DNA from: an uncultured Gammaproteobacteria bacterium
GTDB taxonomy: Bacteria > Patescibacteriota > Patescibacteriia > UBA9934 > UBA11717
DNA length: 29,106 nucleotides
Direction of reading: 5' to 3'
Assembly (NCBI GenBank): GCA_964636795.1
Contig: CAZWSS010000001.1
Location: forward strand, 1 to 29,106
Part shown: positions 1 to 6,471 of the stretch, in pieces
Numbering within the stretch: the first letter of the stretch is position 1
Layout of the letters: the number at the start of each line of letters is the position of its first letter
The notes under the pieces: generated by a model
What the model was told of the DNA's origin: nothing
The model's database searches: none
The model's input: only the letters and a program-made list of their open reading frames with translations
Made by a program: the position numbers and the translations under genes

Positions 1-51
1 GGCAGGGGAGATTGTGTCCGCCCCCTTATTAATGGGTGTGCATGAATATGA

Positions 52-83
52 ACGCCGCCCGGGGAGAAGCCCGCGGGCGGCGT
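52..83 (-). terminator. Putative intrinsic terminator of orphan gene 100-507
   Basis: Perfect 9-bp stem ACGCCGCCC/GGGCGGCGT, followed on the minus strand by TTCATATT, just downstream of the stop at 100. Confidence 0.5.
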
Positions 84-99
84 GGTGGAAGGTGAATGA

Positions 100-507
100 T
101 CAGGGACGGGAGTGGTGCTTCCAGACCGCGTGCGGCCAACCGCACTGCCAGTCCTTGAGCGCGAGCGCCTGCTCGCGCCGGGGCAGTTGGCTCACCTGCT
201 CTGCGGAGATCCGCAGCTGCCGGCGCAGCTCGTCGCGCCGCTCCAGGCGCACCGCGATGGCGGCGTTGCGTCCCGACGGCGCAGTGCAGGCCGCTCCCAT
301 GTTCTCCAACACCCGTTGGATCTCTTCGAAGACGGCCTTGTTGACTATCTGTGCCTCGGTGGGCACCGTCATGACGACGGTGCCGTTGGACGTCGCCCGT
401 GCGATGGCCTCGGCCCTGTCGTCGCACGAGCTGGTCACCACCAGCCCGCACAGGACCACCCAGAGGATCGTACCGACGACCCACTCAAACAGATCTCGAA
501 CTATCAT
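100..507 (-). CDS. Orphan membrane-anchored/lipoprotein-like protein (135 aa, MIVRDLFEW...)
   Basis: Start re-picked at ATG 507 with GGAGG 4 nt upstream. Hydrophobic N-terminal stretch ends in TSSC. GC-rich third positions. No recognisable family. Confidence 0.7.
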   Translation of the reverse strand: MIVRDLFEWVVGTILWVVLCGLVVTSSCDDRAEAIARATSNGTVVMTVPTEAQIVNKAVFEEIQRVLENMGAACTAPSGRNAAIAVRLERRDELRRQLRISAEQVSQLPRREQALALKDWQCGWPHAVWKHHSRP

Positions 508-557
508 ATCCCCTCCGGGGGTGGACTGGATGGATTCCAGTCCGAAAAGACAAGGAC

Positions 558-587
558 TGCATATCAAAAAAACGACGCGCCTGTCAA
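558..587 (-). promoter_or_regulatory. sigma70-type promoter of orphan 100-507
   Basis: Minus strand TTGACA-ggcgcgtcgtttttttga(18)-TATGCA; the -10 is imperfect. Confidence 0.5.
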
Positions 588-606
588 CCGCAACACGCGC
601 TGCATG

Positions 607-615
607 TGGTAGAAT
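607..615 (+). promoter_or_regulatory. Extended -10 promoter, leaderless geometry
   Basis: TGgTAGAAT, 6 nt before ATG 622; no SD. Confidence 0.6.
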
Positions 616-621
616 AGCGCC

Positions 622-981
622 ATGAAACGTAGCGAAGGCGAGCCAAAAGGAGAGCATTCAGCACCACTCGCGCAAGAGGTTGAAAGACCTTTCGTGGAGG
701 CGGAATTGTTTGCCGTTGAACATGGGGCGGACACCGTGGAGGTGGATCTGCACGGGATGGACTCATGGGATGCGCGGCAGGAATGTGAGCGGGCGATTGA
801 CGCGGCGTTTTACGCGGGAGATCGCGGTGTTCGCATTGTGCACGGCATTGGGAGCGGTGCCTTGCGCACGTTGGTTCGAAAACAGATTCTGCGTAGTCAT
901 CCGCTCGTTGAATCCTGGCGCCCGGCGGACTTCCCTCATGCCGCCAGCACGGTGATTGTGCTCATCCGGCATCGTACGTAG
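622..981 (+). CDS. Stand-alone Smr/MutS2 C-terminal domain protein
   Basis: VDLHGM and VRIVHGIGSGALR motifs typical of Smr domains. Confidence 0.9.
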   Translation: MKRSEGEPKGEHSAPLAQEVERPFVEAELFAVEHGADTVEVDLHGMDSWDARQECERAIDAAFYAGDRGVRIVHGIGSGALRTLVRKQILRSHPLVESWRPADFPHAASTVIVLIRHRT

Positions 982-1075
982 GGACATGCGCCCGGATGAT
1001 ACCGGCCAACAAGATGCCCGATGGCACTGCGATGTTTTCTCGGCGGTGAGGAACAAGCGTATTTGAAAATAATGC

Positions 1076-1102
1076 GCCGCCCATCCCACGAGGAAGGGCG
1101 GC
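1076..1102 (-). terminator. Putative intrinsic terminator of orphan 1119-1328
   Basis: Stem GCCGCCC/GGGCGGC followed by GCATTATTTTC on the minus strand; same stem sequence as the 52-83 hairpin. Confidence 0.5.
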
Positions 1103-1118
1103 AGGTTGAAGGGGCTGA

Positions 1119-1328
1119 CTAGGTGGGCGAGAAGGTCTGGACGCCGTCATCTTCGACGGCATAGTCCTCACCCACCATGGCGACGCGCACATGGCGTCGC
1201 CCACTCGACAGCGCCTCAGCGATCGTGCGGAGCGCGTGCATTGGGGACATCCCCATTGTCCCCGTGAGGAGCTCGTATGCTGCGTCGAAGCGCAGCACCA
1301 TCAATCTCTCTCGCAGCATGGGTTCCAT
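1119..1328 (-). CDS. Small orphan protein (69 aa, MEPMLRERL...)
   Basis: GGAGG 5 nt before ATG 1328. Fills the gap between smr and the LCP gene and has its own promoter and terminator-like elements. Confidence 0.6.
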   Translation of the reverse strand: MEPMLRERLMVLRFDAAYELLTGTMGMSPMHALRTIAEALSSGRRHVRVAMVGEDYAVEDDGVQTFSPT

Positions 1329-1369
1329 GGCTCCCTCCATCGGATCGCAACGGCGATCCTTTGCAATCG

Positions 1370-1398
1370 CTCTTATCATACGGGAGCATCTATGTCAA
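1370..1398 (-). promoter_or_regulatory. Promoter of orphan 1119-1328
   Basis: Minus strand TTGACA-tagatgctcccgtatga(17)-TAAGAG. Confidence 0.45.
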
Positions 1399-1423
1399 CG
1401 CAACGCCATGCTACAATACGGCC

Positions 1424-2827
1424 ATGAAGGCGGTGCGCTATTTTTATCGGGTTTCGGTTCTTGCCGCTGCCACAGCCCTTTTGGTGGTGGCGGTTTTTTC
1501 GCGTGCATGCACGGAGGCGGGATGCGTAGAACCTGGTGCGTGGCGGCTGCCCTCGGCGCTTGACCGTATCAACGCGGCCACGAAGCCGGTGGTGCTGCCT
1601 GACAAGGTGACAATCTTGGTGGCGGGAGTGGATGCGCGCAGCGGCAGCAAAACCATGCATTGTGATGCCATCCATGTGGTCAATCTCAACATTGCCGATG
1701 ATCGCGTAGAGTTTGTCAACATTCCCCGCGGCACCTACACCTACATTCCCATGCCCGACGGCTGGCAGCCCCGCGAGGAGCTTGTTGCGGCTGTAACAGC
1801 ACAACATCAGGCGCCTCCGCCACCGATTGATCCAAACGCATCTCCTGCGGAACTATTGACGGCCCCCGCGCCCGAATCCCCGATTGACCCCGCACCCCCG
1901 ACGCCACCAGCTCCCCTTACGCCCCAAGAAATCACCGCTCGCGCGTGGAGCATGGAGCAGTACCTCTCCAATGTTTGTGATTATGTCGGGTTCAACATGT
2001 TCGTGGATCGCGTGGAGGATATCGCGCGTGTACAGGTGGACTACACGGTGCGTGTGGGGTTCTCCCAGGCCGAAGGAATGTTGCGTGCGTTGCAGTTTGA
2101 TCCGACTGTCACATTGCAATTCTTGCGCCACAGGAAAACCTATGGCCTTGGCGATGTGCAGCGCAGCTATAATCAGTCGCTGTTCTTGGAGGATCTTTTG
2201 CGCAATCAAGCCGACCGCGTCGCTGGACTTCCCGTGACGGCGCAGGCGGCGCTCTACCACCTGATGGATACCGACATTCCTTACGGCACCGCGCGGGCGC
2301 TGCTTGATTGGGTGGTAGCAAGCCCGGCGCGCACGAAAGAGGGGAGGGTTACACATCGTACGGCGCCGTCTTGGACGCCCCGCGCGCAAGAAATGCGATT
2401 TGATGCCGAACATCCTGGAGAGCAGGTAGAGGCGCTTTACGCTCGGCTCAAGCACTATGACCCGTCGTTCACTCCCAAAGATGTCCAGCCTACCCTCCGA
2501 CGTTACATGGATGAGCAGCTGACGGCGGTATACGCCGCGTTGATCGCGGGCAATCTTGCCAGTGCACGAGAAGCCATTGGCCCTGTGGTAGATCAACAAC
2601 TGTGGCATCAAATTGAGGATGCCGAGGTGCGCGAAGAGATGATGGTGGCGGTGGCAATCTTGGAGAGTACGCTCACGTGGTTTGAGTTACACGACATGCA
2701 AATGGCGCTCACGGGAGCCACGTCAATGATATGGAATCTTGAGCTTTCGGAAGGGTCGCCTGAGGCCATGCATACGATCCAAGAGCACTTGGAGCAACTC
2801 CTTCGCCCACGCGCGGCCCTGCGTTGA
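1424..2827 (+). CDS. LytR-CpsA-Psr (LCP) family protein, divergent, with Pro-rich insertion (467 aa)
   Basis: N-terminal TM/signal; ILVAGVDAR, DAIHVV, FVNIPRGT, FLRHRK and GDVQR resemble LCP motifs. Start re-picked at 1424 (TGcTACAAT-6 nt-ATG). Confidence 0.75.
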   Translation: MKAVRYFYRVSVLAAATALLVVAVFSRACTEAGCVEPGAWRLPSALDRINAATKPVVLPDKVTILVAGVDARSGSKTMHCDAIHVVNLNIADDRVEFVNIPRGTYTYIPMPDGWQPREELVAAVTAQHQAPPPPIDPNASPAELLTAPAPESPIDPAPPTPPAPLTPQEITARAWSMEQYLSNVCDYVGFNMFVDRVEDIARVQVDYTVRVGFSQAEGMLRALQFDPTVTLQFLRHRKTYGLGDVQRSYNQSLFLEDLLRNQADRVAGLPVTAQAALYHLMDTDIPYGTARALLDWVVASPARTKEGRVTHRTAPSWTPRAQEMRFDAEHPGEQVEALYARLKHYDPSFTPKDVQPTLRRYMDEQLTAVYAALIAGNLASAREAIGPVVDQQLWHQIEDAEVREEMMVAVAILESTLTWFELHDMQMALTGATSMIWNLELSEGSPEAMHTIQEHLEQLLRPRAALR

Positions 2828-2859
2828 GCTTGACGGTACTCTGCGCCCGTGTATCTGCA

Positions 2860-2868
2860 TGTGGATAA
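2860..2868 (-). promoter_or_regulatory. Perfect DnaA box
   Basis: TGTGGATAA (reverse complement of TTATCCACA), intergenic, upstream of hup. Confidence 0.55.
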
Positions 2869-2927
2869 ACACTGGCGTTTTTCTGGGGCTGTGCCATACT
2901 TTCCTCGAAATTCGTAATGTAACCATT

Positions 2928-3212
2928 ATGGCAAAGGGACTTTCCAAGTCACAGTTTGTCGCGGCCTTGAGTGAAGCTCTCGGTGTCTCTAAGAAGGACG
3001 CCAGCTCGATGTACGACAAGTTTGTCGGCCTCGTGTACAAGGAAGTGAAGGCCAAGGGAGAGTTGATGCTTCCAGGGCTTGGCAAGTTGGTCAAGCAAAA
3101 CAGAGCGGCTCGCATGGGTCGCAATCCGGCCACCGGTGCGCAGATCCAAATTGCCGCCAAGACCGTGGTGAAGTTCCGCGTCAACAAGGCCGCCAAGGAA
3201 GCGATCTTGTAA
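2928..3212 (+). CDS. hup: HU family DNA-binding protein (94 aa)
   Basis: MAKGLSKSQFVAAL...LPGLGKLVKQNRAARMGRNPATG...KTVVKFRV is the HU/IHF signature. Start re-picked at 2928. Confidence 0.95.
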   Translation: MAKGLSKSQFVAALSEALGVSKKDASSMYDKFVGLVYKEVKAKGELMLPGLGKLVKQNRAARMGRNPATGAQIQIAAKTVVKFRVNKAAKEAIL

Positions 3213-3220
3213 GCAAGCTT

Positions 3221-3248
3221 CAAAACCTCGCTTCATGGCGAGGTTTTG
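3221..3248 (+). terminator. Intrinsic terminator after hup
   Basis: CAAAACCTCGC-ttcatg-GCGAGGTTTTG, 11-bp stem followed by GTTTGT. Confidence 0.85.
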
Positions 3249-3252
3249 GTTT

Positions 3253-3341
3253 GTATTCTAGTATTCGCGTATGTATGTATCGCGTATCGGATCTCGCGGG
3301 CTCCATACTCGAATACGCGATACGAGAATACTTGAATACTC
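3253..3341. repeat. Inverted array of 7-8 nt GTAT/ATAC units
   Basis: Left arm gtattcta gtattcgc gtat gtat gtatcgc gtatcgg; right arm catactc gaatacgc gatacga gaatactt gaatactc. Confidence 0.75.
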
Positions 3342-3359
3342 CTCTGGTATACTCCTGGA

Positions 3360-3689
3360 ATGAAGATCCACTTTGCCAAACCCTTGCCACTCATTCCCGA
3401 GCAGTTGTTACGCCGGGCGAGTTATGCGCCTCACTATGATCGTGTCACAGGGAATACTAGCTACACGCATAAAGTGACGTATGCCTTTTATCCGCGCTAC
3501 CACTGTTATGTGAGTGAGACCGACAAGGTGGTGACGTTTGACTTTCACTTGGATCAAAAGGAAGCCAGCTACGCCGGCTCGCATATGCACTCGGGAGAGT
3601 ATGAGGGGCCAACGATTGAGCGCGAAGTGGCGCGAGTCAAGGAGGAGTTTCGATCGGCCGCCCGATCGGCTGCCTCCCCGGACAGTTGA
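3360..3689 (+). CDS. Conserved hypothetical protein (109 aa)
   Basis: Clean ORF with TGgTATACT-6 nt-ATG. FYPRYHCYV...FHLDQK...HSGEYEG resembles a CPR hypothetical family (from recall). Confidence 0.85.
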   Translation: MKIHFAKPLPLIPEQLLRRASYAPHYDRVTGNTSYTHKVTYAFYPRYHCYVSETDKVVTFDFHLDQKEASYAGSHMHSGEYEGPTIEREVARVKEEFRSAARSAASPDS

Positions 3690-3714
3690 CGCGGCCACAG
3701 ATTTCATATAGATT
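3686..3714 (+). promoter_or_regulatory. sigma70 promoter of the small basic ORF
   Basis: TTGACG(3686-3691)-17 nt-TAGATT(3709-3714). Confidence 0.7.
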
Positions 3715-3771
3715 ATGCCCATTCTCGGCACCCACAATACTTTCTCCTTTCACCCTTTCCATTTCTCTCTT

Positions 3772-3882
3772 ATGTCCCGCAAGCGCAAAAACCCATCCAC
3801 GGGTCTCAAGTTGCCAAAGCTCAAGCGCGTCACGCACAAGATGAAGCGCAGTACCATTCGCACCGGCAAGCATCGCGTATAA
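3772..3882 (+). CDS. Unannotated 36-aa highly basic protein MSRKRKNPSTGLKLPKLKRVTHKMKRSTIRTGKHRV
   Basis: Translated by hand (below the ORF-track cutoff). 14 K/R, no D/E. Lies between a consensus promoter and an intrinsic terminator. Confidence 0.75.
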   Translation: MSRKRKNPSTGLKLPKLKRVTHKMKRSTIRTGKHRV

Positions 3883-3900
3883 ACCGCCTCGGCGGTTTTT
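3881..3900 (+). terminator. Intrinsic terminator after the small basic ORF
   Basis: AAACCGC-ctcg-GCGGTTT followed by TTACTTTT. Confidence 0.8.
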
Positions 3901-3931
3901 ACTTTTGGTGGGATGACGTATACTGCTCGGT

Positions 3932-5656
3932 ATGCTAAGACGACTGTATCCCGTTTTGTTCAGCGTGGCGATGGTCGCTTTCATGTTAGCGCCTCTGTTG
4001 ACGGTGCAGGCGCAAGGTTGGTTGGATCAATCTGTAGCGACCATAGAAACACTACGATCGATACGGATGTTTGATGGGATACACGGGATGGTTGTGGGCG
4101 ACAACGGCATCACGTACTACACCACGAACGGGCAGATGTGGACACTCGGTGCTACGGCTACCGGTAAGGATCTGCATGCACTGTCTTTTGGATCGAGCGC
4201 AACCGTGGCCTTTGCGGTGGGCGATAGTGGCACGATCCGCAAGACCACGAACGGTGGCATTTCGTGGAGTTTGCTTTCGGCCCCGGTCAGTGGCGATATT
4301 TTTGGTGTAGACATGGTTTCCGATACTCTCGGATGGGTGGTCGGTTCTCTCGGCCATGTTTTTAAAACGACGGATGGACTTGCATGGAGTTCACAAACCT
4401 CCGGTGTGGGAAAGAAGCTTTACGATGTAGAAGCGATCAGTGCGCAGATGGCGTGGTTTGTGGGGGATTTTGGGCTGGTGTCCAAGACCATTGATGGAGG
4501 CGCCACCTGGGTTGCGCAGACCTCTGGCGTAACGGATGCGTTGCTTGCGGTCGAGTTTGTCAATGCACAGGTAGGGTATATTGCAGGTGAGAATCGAACG
4601 TTTTTACGCACAACGAACAGTGGGGCGACATGGACGCCCGTGGTCATCAACGCCATCGTTGCCGGAACGTCCATCACCGATATGACGTTTTTTTCCCAGG
4701 CAGAGGGGGTCATGGTGGAAGCCAATGGGCAGGTACTGGAGACAAGTGACAGCGGGCTTACATGGAGCGTCGTGTCAGATACGCCGATGGGCATCTATGC
4801 GAGTGTGGACGCTGTCGGCGCCGATGCCGCGGTGGCTGGCGGCAACGGGCGACTTTCACGATTAGATGCCACGGCGCCGTCACGGCCGGGAGGGCTCACA
4901 TGGGCGACATCGAGCTCGGATACAACCCCAACATTTACGTGGACAGCCGCGACGGACACCATCAGCGAGATGGATCGGTACGAGGTTTCGTTTGACGCGG
5001 GCGCAACGCTCATCCATGTAGGGACGGCGTTGAGTTACACATCCATTGCTCTTGCGGATGGCGACTACACAGTATGGGTGCGCGCGATAGATGCGGCGGA
5101 GAATGCGAGTGCATTTGCGTTGAAGAATTTTACGATTGACGCTGTGCCGGAACCTGAACCTGAACCGGAACCTCCGTCCAGTCTCGCGCCCGGAACACGT
5201 ATCAAAACTGCCTGTCCGGGTGGGGAAGGTGTGAACCATCCTTGTCGAGCCGTGTACTACTACAGCGCCGCGGGGACGCGTCATGCCTTTTCCAATGCCA
5301 AGGTGTATTTTTCGTGGTATGAGAATTTTGATGACGTGATGATTGTCAATGAAGCGACGATGGCTTCGTTTGCGATCGGGCGCAACATTACGTATCGCCC
5401 CGGCATCAAGATGGTGAAGTTTCAAACGCTAGCGACGGTTTATGTGGTGGAACGTGGTGGAGTATTGCGGCCGGTGAATTCCGAGGCCACGGCGGCCGCG
5501 TTGTATGGTCACAACTGGAACCAGCAAATTGACGATATCTCGGATGCATTTTTCACCAATTATAGTTTTGGCGATCCGGTATCCGGGTTGAGTGATTACA
5601 ATCCTGCCGCTGCCGCTTTCTTGACCCCCACCATTTCTGTCGATCTTGCCGGTTGA
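3932..5656 (+). CDS. Secreted/surface protein: BNR/YCF48-like beta-propeller repeats, Ig/Fn3-like module, PE linker, C-terminal domain
   Basis: Signal peptide; repeated KTTNGG.SW / KTIDGGATW / RTTNSGATW Asp-boxes; PTFTW...YTVWVRAIDAAEN; PEPEPEPEP linker. TATACT-7 nt-ATG. Confidence 0.85.
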   Translation: MLRRLYPVLFSVAMVAFMLAPLLTVQAQGWLDQSVATIETLRSIRMFDGIHGMVVGDNGITYYTTNGQMWTLGATATGKDLHALSFGSSATVAFAVGDSGTIRKTTNGGISWSLLSAPVSGDIFGVDMVSDTLGWVVGSLGHVFKTTDGLAWSSQTSGVGKKLYDVEAISAQMAWFVGDFGLVSKTIDGGATWVAQTSGVTDALLAVEFVNAQVGYIAGENRTFLRTTNSGATWTPVVINAIVAGTSITDMTFFSQAEGVMVEANGQVLETSDSGLTWSVVSDTPMGIYASVDAVGADAAVAGGNGRLSRLDATAPSRPGGLTWATSSSDTTPTFTWTAATDTISEMDRYEVSFDAGATLIHVGTALSYTSIALADGDYTVWVRAIDAAENASAFALKNFTIDAVPEPEPEPEPPSSLAPGTRIKTACPGGEGVNHPCRAVYYYSAAGTRHAFSNAKVYFSWYENFDDVMIVNEATMASFAIGRNITYRPGIKMVKFQTLATVYVVERGGVLRPVNSEATAAALYGHNWNQQIDDISDAFFTNYSFGDPVSGLSDYNPAAAAFLTPTISVDLAG

Positions 5657-5679
5657 TGGCAAGGGGGACTAGGTTTGGT

Positions 5680-5688
5680 TGTGGATAA
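5680..5688 (-). promoter_or_regulatory. Perfect DnaA box
   Basis: TGTGGATAA, intergenic. Confidence 0.5.
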
Positions 5689-5694
5689 ATGCAA

Positions 5695-5719
5695 ACGCCA
5701 CCTGGGAGCCAGGTGGCGT
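5695..5719 (-). terminator. Putative terminator of orphan 5750-6310
   Basis: Perfect 11-bp stem ACGCCACCTGG/CCAGGTGGCGT, followed on the minus strand by TTGCATTT. Confidence 0.65.
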
Positions 5720-5749
5720 CGTGCGTGTTTGGGTTCCCGCGTCTGACCG

Positions 5750-6310
5750 CTACGCGGGGGAGGGGGCGCCCTTGTCGGCGGCCTCGACCGCGGCGATCCG
5801 CTCGAGGATCCGGGGGAAGTCACGGAGGACATACTCCTCGTGACTCACTGCGGAGTCGATCTTGAGCGTACACCCTCCGGTCGCGACCGATTCGCAGATC
5901 GAGCGGATCCCGCGCTTCCACGGAATCAGCTTTCGGATCTGGTCGTCGGTGAGGCTGGAGCGCCCGACGTAGTCGGCCAACTCCGGCAGCTCCCCCGATC
6001 GCATGAGCAGGAAGATGTGCAGTCCCTGCACCGCATCGGCCCAGGCGCGCGCCGTGCCGCCCGGCACAGAGCCTCGCTCGGCGTCCATGCAGGACCAGAG
6101 CGTGCCGACGGAGCGCCTCAGGTCCATGAGCAGCCGCTTGCGGCTGTTGGCGCTCGACATCTGGTTGCTCGAGATCTGCTTGAGCAGCCGCTTCTGCTGC
6201 TCGTAGCGCTTCTGCTGCAGCCCCCAGATCACCATCATCACCACTGTCAAGATGACCGTGGTGATGGTGACGAAGAAGTTCATGGCCAGCAACACGCTGT
6301 TCGTTTCCAT
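5750..6310 (-). CDS. Orphan single-pass membrane protein (186 aa, METNSVLL...)
   Basis: AAAGG 6 nt before ATG 6310. N-terminal TM helix. GC-rich codon usage. No recognisable family. Confidence 0.75.
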   Translation of the reverse strand: METNSVLLAMNFFVTITTVILTVVMMVIWGLQQKRYEQQKRLLKQISSNQMSSANSRKRLLMDLRRSVGTLWSCMDAERGSVPGGTARAWADAVQGLHIFLLMRSGELPELADYVGRSSLTDDQIRKLIPWKRGIRSICESVATGGCTLKIDSAVSHEEYVLRDFPRILERIAAVEAADKGAPSPA

Positions 6311-6321
6311 GACTAACCTTT

Positions 6322-6358
6322 CTTGGGGACGCACCCCAAGTGGGAGGACGCACCTCCC
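6322..6358 (-). promoter_or_regulatory. Twin hairpins with identical 5-nt loops in the 5' leader
   Basis: Plus strand CTTGGGG-acgca-CCCCAAG and GGGAGG-acgca-CCTCCC, 1 nt apart. Confidence 0.5.
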
Positions 6359-6406
6359 GCGGTTGTTCAGTGCAAACGGCTATTTCCGTAGCACCAAAGC
6401 TCCTTT

Positions 6407-6435
6407 CTTATATCAAAAAAATGGCCTTTTGTCAA
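6407..6435 (-). promoter_or_regulatory. sigma70 promoter of orphan 5750-6310
   Basis: Minus strand TTGACA-aaaggccatttttttga(17)-TATAAG. Confidence 0.75.
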
Positions 6436-6471
6436 GGCATTTGTAACCCAATGGACATTGGATGTTGATCC

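Noticed and set aside
14-625. Overlapping ORFs 14-625 (+), 112-612 (+) and 29-484 (-)
   Set aside because: Shadow frames of the 100-507 gene, which alone has an RBS, a TM segment and GC3 bias.
6322-6358. Guanidine-II (mini-ykkC) riboswitch
   Set aside because: The ACG-containing loops are on the non-coding strand, are 5 nt rather than ACGR tetraloops, have a 1-nt linker, and no transporter lies downstream on that strand.
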